From Scyliorhinus canicula (taxonomy: Eukaryota), in assembly GCF_902713615.1 (NCBI RefSeq), contig NC_052149.1, positions 126,421,256 through 126,485,255 on the forward strand: a stretch of 64,000 nucleotides of DNA, written 5' to 3'. This document shows, one piece after another, positions 20,990 to 34,150 of this stretch. Positions within the stretch are counted from its first letter, which is position 1. Each line of letters starts with the position of its first letter. The position numbers were made by a program, and so were the translations under genes. Under the pieces are notes generated by a model. The model saw nothing but the letters and a program-made list of their open reading frames with translations. It made no database searches and was not told where the DNA came from.

Positions 20990-23110
20990 ATTGAAATAAA
21001 AATGGATGAAGGTGGAGGAGAGAGTTCACAGTCTGAAGTTCCTGAACTCAGTCTTAAGTCCGGAAGGCTGTAACGGGCCTAATTGGAAGATGAGGTGCTG
21101 TGCCTCCAGTTTGCATTGGGCTTCACTGAAACATTGCAGCAGGCTAAGGACAGACATGTGGATGTGAGAGGAGGACGGTGAGTTGAATTGGCAGTGACAG
21201 GAAGGTCTGGGTTCTGCTTGCGGACGGATCGAAGGGATTCTGCAAAGTGGTCACCCAGTCTGCGTTTAGTCACTCCAATGTAGAGTAGATCACATTGGGA
21301 GCAGCGAATAAATAGAGCAGATTGAAGGAGGTGCACGTGAAGCTCTGCCTCACTTGGAAAGAGTGATTAGGCCTTGAGATGGTGAGCTGGGAGGAGGTAA
21401 AAGAACAAGTCTTACACCTTCTGTGATTGCATAGGAAGGTGTCATGAGAAGAGGGTGAGGTGCTGGGGGTGATGGAGGAGTGGACCAGGGTATACAGGAG
21501 GGAATGGTCCCTGTGGATTGCTGACAGAGGGAGTGAGGGGAAGACGTGATTGATGGTAGAATCATGCTGGAGTTGGCGGAACTGGCGCAGGATGATCCTT
21601 TGACTGTGGAGGATGGTGGGTGAAAAGTGAGGACAAGGGGGACCTTATCCTGGTTCTGGGAGGGAGGAGAGGAGATGAGATCAGGGTTGTGGGAGATGGG
21701 TCGGACAAGGTTGAGAGCCCTGCCGACCACAATGGGTGGGAAACCACAATTATGGAAGTCTGAAGATATCTCAGCAGCACCGTTTTGGGAAGTAGCATCA
21801 TCAGAACAGCTGCGACGGAGGTGAAGGAACTGGGAGAATGGGATGGAGTCCTCACGGGATGTGGGGTATAAAGAGCTGTAGTCGAGGTAAGGGGGTCAAG
21901 GGTTATGGGAGAAGGCAGGAGAATGGAAATGAGAAAATTATCAGCCATGATTGAATGGCAGAGCAGACCCGATGGGCGGAGTGGCCTAATACTGCTCAGA
22001 TGTCTTATAGTCTCATAGCTGTGGGAATCAGGAGGTTTCTAATGGACATTAGTAGATAATCGATTCACAGAAATTGAAATAAAATGGTCAAGAAGAGAAG
22101 GGAAGTGTCGGAGATGGACAATATGAAGGTGATAGAGGGTGGAAATTGGAAGCAAAATGAATATTTTTTTCCAGGTCCAGACAGGAACATGAAGTGGCAC
22201 CGAAACAGTCATCGATTTACCGATAAAAGAATTGTGGGATGGGGCCGGAGTGGGACTGGAACACATACCCCATAAAGAGACAGACAAAACTGAGAGTCAT
22301 GTGGGTACCCACAGCCACACCTTTGGTTTGGAGGAAATGAGACATGTTATCGGAGAAATAGTTCAGTGAGAGGACAGGTTCAGCCAGACAGATGAGCTTA
22401 ATAGTGGATTAGGATCATTCAGGCCTCTGCCCAAGGAAATAGCGGAGAGCCCTCACAGCATCCTGGTGGGAAATGGAGGGAGAGAGGTATTGCATTTCCA
22501 TGGTAAAGAGGAGGCGGTTGGGGCCGAGGAATTGGAAGTTGTTGATCTGGTGTAGGGCATCGGAGGAATCATAAATGTAGGTTGAAAGGGACGGGACAAA
22601 AGGAGAGAATATGGCGTCAAGGTAGGAATAAATGGGTTTGGTGGGGCAGGAGCCGGCTGACATGATGGGCCGAGCGGGCTGTCCGGGATTGGGAGATTAT
22701 GAGGTTGGAGGCTGTGGCATCCAGAGGAGATGAGGTCAGTGACAGTCCTGGAAACAACAATGGCTTGATGCTCAGTGGTGGGGTCATGGTCCAAGGGGAG
22801 GTAGAAAGAAGTGTCGGAGAGTTGGTGTTCAACTTCAGTCAGGTAGAGGTCAGTATGCCAGAAAACAACAGCCCCACCCTTTGTCGGCGGGTTTGATGAC
22901 AAAATCAGGGTTGGACCTGAGGTAGTGGAGTCATATCAGAAGGAGGCAGGTTAGATTGGGTGAGAGGCGCAGAGAAACTGAGATGGTCACTGTCACGCGA
23001 CAGGTCTGAATGAAAAGATCAAGAGGCGGTAAGCGGCCAGAGAGAGGGGTCCATGTGGAGGGAGATTTCTGGGGGCGGGTAAAAGGATCTGTTGAACGGG
23101 GGGAGGAATC
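20990..23110 (-). mobile_element. Penelope-like retroelement (RT plus GIY-YIG endonuclease), decayed
   Basis: IRCSQCDLLYIGVTKRRLGDHFAE (GIY-YIG); KGGAVVFW and PNRLLFTM RT motifs. Confidence 0.85.
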
Positions 23111-23472
23111 CTACCCGAAGGAGTGAGCACAAAGTCGAAGGCGGCGGAAAAAGAGTTTAGCATTGTGTCGAGTGACAGTAATAAGGGCCTGGGAGCAACG
23201 GTCAAGGACCCGGAAAACAGGTCCCGGCGGCTGAATTTGCAGATCGTGGGGCTGCCTGAGGGTGTGGAGGGCCTGTGGCCGGAGTACTTTTCAACAATAT
23301 TTGGGAAGTTGTTGGAGAGGAGGTGCTGCCTCCCCCCTTCAAGCTGGATACGGCACATCGGTCGCTCCGGCCAAAGCCAAAGGCTACCGAGCCAGGTAGA
23401 GGTGTAACAACCTGCTTTCACAGATACCAGATGAAGGAGAAGATGCTGCAATGGGTGAAGCAGAACCATGAG

Positions 23473-23829
23473 GTGAGGTGGGATGGCAATGGTGTGAGGT
23501 GGGATGGCAATGGTGTGAGGTGGGATGGCAATGGTGTGAGGTGGGATGGCAATGGTGTGAGGTGGGATGGCAATGGTGTGAGGTGGGATGGCAATGGTGT
23601 GAGGTGGGATGGCAATGGTGTGAGGTGGGATGGCAATGGTGTGAGGTGGGATGGCAATGGTGTGAGGTGGGATGGCAATGGTGTGAGGTGGGATGGCAAT
23701 GGTGTGAGGTGGGATGGCAATGGTGTGAGGTGGGATGGCAATGGTGTGAGGTGGGATGGCAATGGTGTGAGGTGGGATGGCAATGGTGTGAGGTGGGATG
23801 GCAATGGTGTGAGGTGGGATGGCAATGGT
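23473..23829 (+). repeat. Perfect 21-bp tandem repeat x17, in frame (VRWDGNG) within L1 ORF1
   Basis: gtgaggtgggatggcaatggt; 357 bp = 17 units. Confidence 0.97.
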
Positions 23830-24009
23830 ATTCGGATATACCAGGATGTCATGGTGGAGCTGGCGAGACCTTCAATAGGGCGAAGGCAACTCTTCACAAA
23901 AACCGAGTGCATTTTGGAGTGGCCTAGTTAAGGGTCACACACAATTCTTCGGGGCAGCGGAGAAGGCGGAGGCGTTTGTGAAGGCAGAGGGACTTGGACT
24001 GAACTGCGC

Positions 24010-24480
24010 TTAGAGTCAGAGATATTTACAGCATGGAAACAGGCCCTTCGGCCCAGCCTGTACATGCTGCCCACTTTCTATCACTAAGCTAGTCCCACTT
24101 TCCCGCATTTGGCCCCTATCCCTCTATACCCACCCTGCCAATGTAACTGTCTAACTGCTTTTTAAAGGAAAAAATTGTACCCGCCTCTACCACTGCCTCT
24201 GGCAGCTCGTTCCAGATGCTCACCACCCTCTGTGTGAAAACATTTTCCCTCTCGTCTCTTTTGTATCTCTCCCCTCGCACCTTAAACCTGTGCCCTCTAG
24301 TTGTAGACTCTTCGACCTTTGGGAAATGATGTTGCCTATCTATCTTATCGATGCTCCTCATTATTTTATTGACCTCTATAAAATCACCTCAAGCCCCTAC
24401 GCTCCAGGGAAAATAGTCCCAGCCTATCCAGCCTCTCCTTATAACTCAGACCATCAACTCCTGGTAGCATCCTCGCAAAT
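24010..24480 (-). mobile_element. CR1 3' end inserted in the L1
   Basis: RGHRFKVRGERYKRDERENVFTQRVVSIWNELP on the minus strand. Confidence 0.8.
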
Positions 24481-24851
24481 CTGAATGTTGGAAGAGGGAC
24501 TTTGGTTTAAAAGAGTGGTGCTGGAGGGCTATGTGTTGTGCAATTTCTTTGTTTTACTTGGGGCTCGTCATTGTTTTAGTATTATGGTATTGTGAATGGT
24601 TAATTGAAAAGTGTTTTGGGGTTGTTCATAGAATGGGGTTACTTCTCTCCTTTGTCTTTTGTGCTTTTAGTGGTAGGTATGGGTATATGGAAATGGAGAG
24701 GGGGGTCAGGGTGGTTGGCAGTAGGGGAAAGGGTTTTTGAGGTATTAAGTTGTGTGTGGAGGGCTCCTTGAGTGTGTTCTTTGTTGATTATTGGGTATGG
24801 GGCACTCTGGCAAGTGTGCCACCCGAGCAAACTACAGTTCTTGAGTAAATG

Positions 24852-24889
<38 letters not shown>

Positions 24890-25861
24890 GGAGGACCCCC
24901 GATTCAGTTGGTGACGTGGAATGTGCTGGGAGGATCCGGGTGAAACTGGTTAGATTTATTGCTCACTTGAAGAGCTTGAGGGCTGATGTGATGCTGTTGA
25001 AGAAGACTCACATGCGGGTGAAGGACCAGGTTGGGGTCCGTAAGGGTTTGGTTAACCAGGTATTTTATTCGGGCTTTGACAGCAGGGCTGGGGGGGTGGC
25101 AATCCTGATCAATAAAAGACTCTGGTTCTAGATGCAGAAGGTGGCAGCGGATCAGGGGGACAGATATGTGAAGGTCTCTGGGTGTGAGGGGGCAGGTTGG
25201 TAGTTGGTGAATGTATATGCTCCAAATTGGGATGAGCAGAGTTTGTGAAGAGGGTGATGGCTACAATACCGATTATGGATCCACATCAATTGATCCTGGG
25301 TGGGTGACTGGAGTACAGTCTTGGATACAAAAGTGGACCGCTCCAAACCAAGTCTTTGTCTCTTTCAGGGGCTCCGAGCGTGTTGGTGGTGTTTACGATA
25401 GGGATGGGGGAGCGGATCTGTGGCCGGGCGACAAGAAGGTTTATTTCTTCTCGCCAGTGAATGAGATCTATTCACGTCTTCATTTCTTTATTGTGGAGAG
25501 GTCCCTGTTGCCGGGGGCTCGGGGAGCAGAATATTCTGCGATTGTTATTTCAGGTTGTGCCCCACACCTGGTGGATGTGGTGCTGGAGAAGGGGCGGCCC
25601 AATGGCCAGTCTGCAGTTTAGATTTTGGGCTGATAACAGATCTGGGGTTTTGTGTGAGGGTGGCAAAGGCGATTAATAAGAATGTTGGGTTTAATAGAAA
25701 TGGGGAGGTCTCGTCCTCGGTGCAATGGGAGGTGTTGAGGATGGTGAGAGATAATTGCACATAAGGTGCAGGCTGATAGGGAGCTGAGGGAGGAGCGGCA
25801 GTGGCTGGTGGATGGAATTCTGGAGGTGGAAGGTAAATATGCAGAGGACCCGGTCATGATA

Positions 25862-26226
25862 TGTGTATTGACTGGGATGTAAAGGGATAGCAAGTTAATG
25901 ATAATGATTCATACCACTAGAGGGAACCACAGAACATTCATATATATATCATGTGACTTGGGGATTCTGGGATTAGAAGATTAAGAAGATTAGATAATGA
26001 GACGATTAGATCGTGAGGTGTGAGAGAGAGCAGTTGTATTCGTGAGAGTTCTATAAATTAGAGATTGTATAGTTTAATACAATAGCCTTCTACTTTATGA
26101 ATGTGAATGAATCTTAGTTATTCGTGTAAATAAATTCATAGTTTTGTTTGTCAACAAAGCTTTATGTTCTTTGTTCAACACTACGCATCCGAGCCATCCA
26201 GGTAAAGCAGAATAGAGAACATGACA
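25862..26226 (+). mobile_element. Probable solo LTR in L1 ORF2
   Basis: TG..CA ends; AATAAA; shares tagttttgtt...aaagct...aacactacgc with LTR 6618-6996; exact ends uncertain. Confidence 0.6.
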
Positions 26227-27088
26227 GATCCCACCCCTGAACTATTGGCTAGTGGGAAGAATCTTCAGATACTGTTTAATCTGGGGACTACGGATAAGGC
26301 GGTGCACCAACTACGGAGGGCTGGGGCGGGGTGTGGGGGCGATGTATGAATATGGGGAGAAGGCCAGTCACTTGTTGGCTGGCCAGTTGAGAGGGCAAGC
26401 AGCTTCCCGAGAGATTGTTCAGGTGTGGGGTATGGGAGATGGGTTAGTGGTCACGTCTGAAATGATGAATGGGGCATTTGAGGTGTTCTATGAGAGGTTG
26501 TATAGGTCGGAACAGCCAGAGGACAAATCGGACTTGGGGAAGTTTTTAGAAGGGTTGGAGTCTCCTACATTGGATGAGGAAGATCGGGAAGATGAGAAAA
26601 GCCTTTGGGAGCAGAGGAAGTTCAACAGGCAATCGGAAGCAAGGTGCCGGGGGTTCCTGATGGAATTTTATTAAAAGTTTGCTGACCGGCTGATACTGCT
26701 GCTAATGCAGGGATTTGAGGACTCAATGGTTTGGGGGTCACTCCCAGATGATGATGCAGGAATCTATCTCCGTCATTCTGAAGATGGATAAGGACCTGAT
26801 GGATTGCAGATCGAATCGGCCAATCTCTTTAGTGAATGTGGATGTTAAGACCCTGGCGATGATGCTGGATTGGAGGAGTGTCTCCTGAGTATTGTTGGGA
26901 AGGATCGAACAGGGTTTTGTGAAGTGTAGGCTGTTGTCCACTAATGTGTGGCTCCTGTTAAATGTGGTTCTGTCCCCGCTGGAAGAGGGGAGGGTGGTAC
27001 AGGAGGACATTGTGACGCTGGTGCAGAAAAGACATTCAGTAAGGTAGAGTGGAGCAATTTGCTTGAGGTGTTGGAGCGGTTTGGGATT

Positions 27089-27504
27089 GGGCCCAGTTTG
27101 TGTCGTGGGTAGAGTCTGGTATAAAGGGAATCGAAGGCTTGGGCCCAGCTTGTGCCGTGGGTGGAGTCTGGTATACAGGGAATCTAAGGCTTGGGCCCAG
27201 CTTGTGCCGTGGGTGGAGTCTGGTATACAGGGAATCTAAGGCTGGGGCCCAGCTTGTGTTGTGGGTAGAGTCTGGTATACAGGGAATCTACGGTTTGGGC
27301 CCAGCTTGTGTTGTGGGTGGAGTCTGGTATACAGGGAATCTAAGGCTTGGGCCCAGCTTGTGTCGTGGGCAGAGTCTGGTATACAGGGAATCTGAGGCTT
27401 GGGCCCAGCTTGTGTTGTGGGTGGAGTCTGGTATACAGGGAATCTAATGCTTGGGCCCAGCTTGTGCCGTGGGTGGAGCCTGGTATACAGGGAATCTAAG
27501 GCTT
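27089..27504 (+). repeat. 52-bp tandem repeat x8 derived from L1 RT sequence
   Basis: Units start at 27089, 27141, 27193, 27245, 27297, 27349, 27401, 27453. Confidence 0.93.
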
Positions 27505-27866
27505 GTGTTCACACGAATAGTATGAGTTTGAATTCTCTGCAATTGTACAGGGGAACGAGGCAGGGGTGCCCGATGCCCCTTCTCTTATTTGCTTTGGCGA
27601 TAGAGCCCTTGGCCATCTCATTGAGGAATTGGTGGGAGTGGCGGGGATAGTGAGGGGGGCGGGGTAGGGGGGGGGGTAGGGTGTCCCTGTATGCTGATGA
27701 CTTGTTACTGTAAGTTTCAGACCCGGTTCCTACAATAGGCAGTATAATGGCTCTTCTGAAGTGGTTTGGCATGTTATCTGGGTACAAATTGAATCTTGAG
27801 AAGATTGAGTGTTTTTCAGTTACCTTCTCGGAGAAGGGAGTTAATCGGTAGGGTTGCAATTTCTCA

Positions 27867-28100
27867 GAATCACAGAATCCCTACAGTGAAGCAGGAGGCC
27901 ATTCGGCCCATCGAGTCTGCACTGACCCTGGAAAGAGGCTCCACCCAAGCCCATTTCCCCGCTCTATCCCAATACCCCTTAACCAAACCTGCAGGTCCCT
28001 GGACACTAAAGGGCAATTTACCATGGCCTAACCTGCACGTCTTTGGACTGTGGGAGAAAACCAGAGCACCCAGAGGAACCCCACACAGACACGGGAAGAA
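27867..28100 (-). mobile_element. HE1-type SINE, partial
   Basis: V-domain rc and tail cacagaatcacagaat. Confidence 0.75.
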
Positions 28101-29464
28101 TGTGCTTAAAGCATTTTTTGTGGGGGTAGAGAGCCTAATTTTGTCCTTTGTTTGGGCCATTGTAGGTTGGAATGATTTGGTGAACGGTTCTGCAGAGGGA
28201 CCGGCAATCTGGGGGCTTGGCAGTGCTGAGTCTCAGCTTGTATTATTGGGCAACAAGTACAGAGAAAATGTTGGGCTGGTGTGGGGACCAGGAGGCTGTT
28301 TGGGTGAGGGTGGAATCTGGTTCATGTCAGGGATCGGGGCAGTGGATACTGGCCCATTCTCTCCAGGGGAATATTCATGCAACCCAGTGGTGGTCGTGAC
28401 GTCGATAATATGGCTGCAATTCCGGCAGCATTTTAAGTGAGGTAGGATGTTGAAGTTGGCACCGATTTGTTGATCGCCACATGTCTCAGCCGGCAAGGCT
28501 GGATGGCAGAGTTTGAGGATGGGTGGGCAACAGGGGGGATGGCCCGGGGAATTTGATTCTGCAGGAGTGGTTTGTGAGCCCGGAGGAGCTATCAGAGAGG
28601 GTTGGGACTTTGCCAGGAAGGTCTCCCCCTTATTGCCGGTGGTGCTGCCAGCTTTATTGTTGGAGAGGATTCTGTCACTCACGGGGATGGAAGAAGGGAG
28701 CGCCAAAGGGATTTACAGGAGGATAAGGGTGGAGGAAACTGCATCCCTGGTGGTGGCTAACTCCAAGTGGGAGGAAGAGTTGGGGGTGGAATTGGATGAG
28801 GGCCTTGTGTAGGATGCTTCTTCGTCATACACGAGGCTTGGGCTGACACCGTTGAAGATGGTGCCCAAGACACACTTAACCAGGACTAGGATGAGTCGGT
28901 GTTTGTGGGGGTGGAATGTAAATATGAGTGTTGTGGGAGGGTCCGGAAAATTATGTGCATATCCTGAGCTGGTGAGGGATTCCTTCTTCAGCACCATCAA
29001 AACCATTTACCCTAACATACTGAATTCCACAAGAAACATACAACTCTCAATCCATCTTAAAATTAGCATGGCAGAAAGTAGGACTTGCTCAACAGAACAG
29101 ATTTGGCTCCTGTTAGAACCCCTTCAGACTCTGGCTGAATATCTTCAAAACTTTGATTCATCTGGCATGTTTTAGCTTCTTCCTTGTCCTCAGATAAGAC
29201 TTTACTGCTTTAAATATTATTACTCTTTTTACAACTATCCGGCTGGGAGAGAATTATGAACTCAGTGTCAGCCAGATCAGATTCAACTTCTCTCCAAAGC
29301 TTTTACAAAAACTCTTTCTCAATCCCTTAGCTCCACCCAGTAATGACATCATCTCCCCAAGCTGAAAAATAAATTAACTCTCCAGGTTGAAAGCACATTA
29401 ACTTCCCAGAGAATTTCCCCAGTCAAACCAGAGTGCATTAGCCCAGATTGAAAACACATTCCTC

Positions 29465-29800
29465 TGGTCGGCACTGTAGCACAATGGTTACCATTGTTGC
29501 TTCACAGCATCAGGGACCTGGGTTTGATTCCCGGCTTGGATCACTGTCTGTGCAGAGTCTGCACGTTCTTCATGTGTCTGTGTGAGCTTCCTCCAAGTGC
29601 TCCGGTTTCCTCCCACAGTCCAAAGATGTGCAGGTTAGGTGGATTTGCCGTGCAAAATTGCCCTTAGTGTCCAAAAAGGTTAGGTAGGTAATTGGGTTAT
29701 GGTGGAGATGTGGGCTCATGTAGTGTGCTCTTTCCAAGGGTCGGTGTAGACTCGATGGGCTGAATGGCCTCCTTGTGTAATGTGGATTCTATGATTCTCT
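29465..29800 (+). mobile_element. HE1-type V-SINE
   Basis: tRNA-like head GGTTTGATTCC, V-domain, attctatgattct tail. Confidence 0.8.
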
Positions 29801-30834
29801 GTTCAATTTCACCTTTTGGCTCCTAAAAGCCCCCAAGCAAAGCAAAGCAAAATCCTTTTAAAATCATGACCTCTACAGTCAAACACTATAACTCCAGTCT
29901 TTTAACCTTTAAGATTTCAACCAATAAGATCAGGATGAGGTTGGTCAAATAGTCGGTCACTTCCAGGCTCCCCATTGTAACATCCCATAATGTCACTTTG
30001 GCTTTCTCCACTTCTAATTACCCCATCCTGGGGCAGTGACATGGCAGCTGGGCACTGAGTGTGTTTCTGATAGCCACAGATTGACAAATTAAAACATCTC
30101 GAATGTCTACAGCCAAGCCGATTAACAACATTTATACATTGCTCTGGGCAATACTGTCCCTCAAATTCTGCCACCCAAAGAAGGGGGGGCAGATTAGTCC
30201 ATACCACCATAATGTCCATTCCTGAGTTGGATACAGATAACAGAATTGTCCCCACACCTAAGCTGGTGTTGGGCAATCCCTTTATGTCCACATTTCCAGC
30301 TGGGTCATTAGTGTAAAGGTCGGGACAATGCTACCCGAGTCACATTGTTCCCTTCTGATAATTTAACCTGAATGACAGTTTCCCGGTTACCTTGATCATT
30401 TAAAAAATTGTTTTCTTACTCTTCAGACCACATTAACCATTTCATGTCAAAGGGGGAGGGGTATCTATCTCCGGATCTTTGCTTTATCTCCCCCTGCCTG
30501 GTTCCAATGTTACAGCTGAGGGGCAGATTATCAATTTTAGTTCTCAAATAAAGTTTGTATGTTGTGTCCTTTTTCCCAAATTCATCTCTGAGCCATCGAG
30601 CAGGATTCTCCGACCCCCGCCGTGTCAGAGAATCCCCGGGGCGGCGTGAATCCCGCCCCGACGCCAGCTGCCGTATTCTCTGCTGTTGGTTTTTGTGCGG
30701 GGGCGGGATTCCCGCCACGCCGGTCGGGGGCCGGACAATAAAGTGTTCCCCTGTGAGGAGAGGTGAGAATCCCTTTCAGAGTCTCACTGAGGTTCGAAGC
30801 TGCACTCTGGACATTACAGGAATGAGCGACTGAC

Positions 30835-31065
30835 ATTTGATTTTGATTTGATTTATTTATTGTCACGTGTGCCGAGGTACAGTGGAAAGTATTGTTCTGT
30901 GGACAGTCCAGGCAGATGCATGAATACATAGAACATGTTATTAATACACAATGTAAATACATAGACACTGGGTGCAGCATACAGAATATAGTCCTACAAC
31001 TATAGAGAAGAAGCATAGCAACATCAATTCAGTCCATAAGAGAGCCATTCAGGGGTCTGGTAACA
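30835..31065 (-). mobile_element. Rex1/Babar-type LINE 3' tail
   Basis: Same tail as 38870-39110. Confidence 0.55.
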
Positions 31066-31962
31066 GCGGGGAAGCATAATGATTATAATGTGACAATGAT
31101 AATTTATAATATATAAAATTAATTTCTAAGAGTGATAGTATTGAAAGGAAGAAAGATGACTTTATTGAAAGGAGAAGCACTTTGTATATATCTGAGGAAA
31201 AGAAGACAGACTGATCTTTATTTAAACACAAACAAGAACCACAATTTGGTCGGTTCCACCACAGCTCCTCCAAAATTGGTGCCCACGTTACTGTCCCCTC
31301 AGTAAACTCTTTACCAAGTCACTGAGTAATCCCAGTGGGTGGGCACTATGGTCAGTCAATCCGTTTCTGACCCTTCCTCCTGACGTCCGTGGATGACTAT
31401 TCCACCCCAGCACTGAGTCTCTGAAGCAATGTCTCTTTAAACTGGATTTCTGGCTCCATTCCAGTATCGTGAAGCCTGCCACACAATCTTTCCCCAAACA
31501 AATCTCAGCTCTTCTCAGTTCCTCTCACAGGGAGCTCAAGGTGAAGCAGACTTTGTCATATTCAGCTTGTTTACGGAGCTCTTGATGGTGTTTTCCCATC
31601 TGTCATCAATCAGGTGTTATGTCCATCAATGAAACTTCATCTTCTGATGCTTCAGGTGACCACAGCAGATAAGATTACTCAGCGACTTGCTCTGTAATCC
31701 AAGGTCACAGAATGCCGGAGAACAACACTTCTAATCAACAAAAACAACTTATTTTAATATTCTAGTTTGAGAAAGTGGAAAAACAAATGATTAGTCGAAA
31801 CACCAGCTGTGTGGCCAGTACAGAGAGAAAACAAGATTGAGAAAAACAGGTCACTGCTGATTATTATTGATTAATTAATCAAAGTACAATCATAGCTGGG
31901 TTAAGATCAGTGTTTATCAAGTCAGAAAATACAAAATCACTTCAAATATTAAAATCAAAGCA

Positions 31963-33323
31963 GAGCTGAAATAAAATGTAAAATACAAAATTGCAAAATC
32001 ATGCTGATCCATAGCCGAAACTGTTACCCCCAATGCCTCCACCACGACCACCACCTGTGTGGTGTCGGTCTGGGTGGCATGCATGACTGGCACCACCCCC
32101 TGCTCCTGCAGGCGGATGGACTCCTCCACCTCCGCCCGCAGGTGCTGGACGCCCACCATCATCCCCTCTTGTAGTCCCTGGGTCTCTGACTGCAGCTGCA
32201 CTATGGCTGGGACTGGATGTTCCAGGAGCTCGGGACCCATCAGGACGGCAGCTGGTTCCTGGGGCTGGCCTGCCCACCGACCATCCGGCCCCTCGGCTGC
32301 TCCTACCTCCACCTACTGTACCGGATACGATGGGTGGTGCTCACCAGATAGTGTCCCAGGAGCCTCTTCACTAATGGCAGTCTCTGGGCTGGTGGAGGGT
32401 GTTGGAGACAGCTGTGACGGAAAGTCAGTGTACATTTGGGGCATATATTTGTCATGGGGATCCGCAACTAAGCAGGGTTTCACTTGCTCGCCTGCCACCG
32501 AACTCCACCTCGCCGACCTCCGTTTCCTCTGGGCCACCGACCACGTCCAGTGCTCTCTGCTCAGGCACGGTGATGGGCCACAGTTCTGGTGGTTCCCCTC
32601 CTGGCTACTCCTGCTCCCAGCTGTGGTGGGCAGCCTTCGCCTTGCGGAGGAGAATCAGGGCGCGAACACAAACAGAAAAACTGTTCAGCATTCTGACACG
32701 TACAGCTCAGGTGTTGGGTAGATGGTGGGCTCAGTGGCCAGGGCACCCGGCCATGGCAGCTGGCATGTGGGGCAGGGTGAGGGTTCGGCTGTCCCCTGGG
32801 GGGAGGGCCCGGGTACGGGTATATTCAGGGGACGGGGTTAGTGCCAGGGGCACACCGCTGCTGACTCACCCTTGCTGCCCTGAGGAGGATGTGGAATTTC
32901 TTCCTGCACTGCATGCCTCTGCCGCCTGTGCCCAGGCATGGCGAACGGCGGCACCTGCCGGCCTTCATCCCAGGCCGGGGTACAGGGTCATCCTTCTCTC
33001 CTGTACGGCGCTCATGAGGGTGTTCAGCTCAGCGTCCCTGTGCCATGGCACTGCTCTCCTTGCAGCCATCTTGTTGGCTGGGATGGTGTGTGTGTGGGGA
33101 TGGATCGTTTCAGTGCGGCTGTGGCTTGTGAGCTTCATGTGCGCCAATCACGGACCCGGCTAATCCAGCACCATTTTGCATGGAATTGGTTGTGTTTCCC
33201 GTAGATATGGTGCTAGCCCATTTGAGGTAGCTGAATCGGTGCAGCTGTTGCGCCATTTTTCCTGTCGCAAAACGCCACTGCTTCCACGTCGGCACTTAGT
33301 CTCAAAATCAGAGAATCCAGCCC
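31963..33323 (-). mobile_element. Harbinger fragment with Myb/SANT-like gene remnant and one TIR
   Basis: MAARRAVPWHRDAELNTLMSAVQERRMTLYPGLG; similar to 14080-16400; TIR gagaatccagccc ends at 33323. Confidence 0.75.
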
Positions 33324-33689
33324 ACAGTCTCAGAAAGAAAGGAAAATTCCGGAATGATCAGCACCAATCAGCATTGAGCATCCATTGAGACCCGGGAATA
33401 TAAAGTAGTCCTTTGGCTGACAGCCAAGTCCATCAAGAGATGGCATTACTGAAGTCAGAGCGACAGCACAGCCTGCTGGGGGATGTTCATTTTTATATTA
33501 ATAGGGAAGTACATCTTAAAGGCATTGGCCCGAGTAATTGTCCAGGAGGAAAAATGATTAAAGCCAAAAACAATCAGAAATTACAAAGGAAAACAAGGGA
33601 CACACAAGGATTTCCAAAATGATCCTTACAGCACCAGCCATCAAACTAGCAAAGACAGGTATGATATCTGAGGAGAGGGACTGATATAT

Positions 33690-34150
33690 GAGGAGAAGAA
33701 CTGTCATATGAGGAGAAATTGACTCGGTTGAGATTGTTATCGCTTGAGTTCAGAAGAATGAGGGGGGATCTCACAGAGACTTATAAAATTCTAACAGGAC
33801 TAGACAGGAAATGCAGGGAAGATGTTCCCGATAGTGGGTGTGTCCAGAACCAGGGGTCACAGTATGAGGATTCAGGGTAAACCATTTCGGACAGAGATGA
33901 GGAGACATTTCTTCACCCAAAGAGTGGTGATCCTGTGGAATTCATTACCACAGAAGTAGTTGATGTTAGCACATTGAATATATATAAGAGGTGGCTAGAT
34001 ATAGCACTTGGGGCGATGGGATCAAAGGTTATGGGGAGAAAGCATGATAAGGCTATTGAGTTGGATGGTCAGCCATGATCGTGATGAATGGTGGAGAAGG
34101 CTCGAAGGGCCAAAAGGCCTCCTCCTGCTCCTATATTCTATGTATCTCTG
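33690..34150 (+). mobile_element. CR1 3' fragment
   Basis: Same tail as 20510-20900. Confidence 0.75.

Larger units (their letters stand above)
23115..28975 (+). mobile_element. L1/Tx1-clade LINE: ORF1 ~23120-23990, ORF2 APE-RT ~24900-28975, decayed with nested insertions
   Basis: ENRSRRLNLQIVGLPEG and LDTAHRS (L1 ORF1p); VTWNV APE start; QGCPMPLLLFALAIEPLA and LYADD RT motifs. Confidence 0.85.

Noticed and set aside
24855-24889. Long homopolymer G/C runs (also ~12783 and ~63757)
   Set aside because: Common inside these TEs, and run length is unreliable in assemblies
23473-27504. Regular repeat arrays resembling CRISPR
   Set aside because: Head-to-tail tandem units with no unique spacers, in a eukaryotic context with no cas genes
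30688-30696. Perfect nonamer GGTTTTTGT downstream of C1 (possible RS/KDE)
   Set aside because: No heptamer at 12 or 23 bp; lies inside a MITE-like GC-rich fragment
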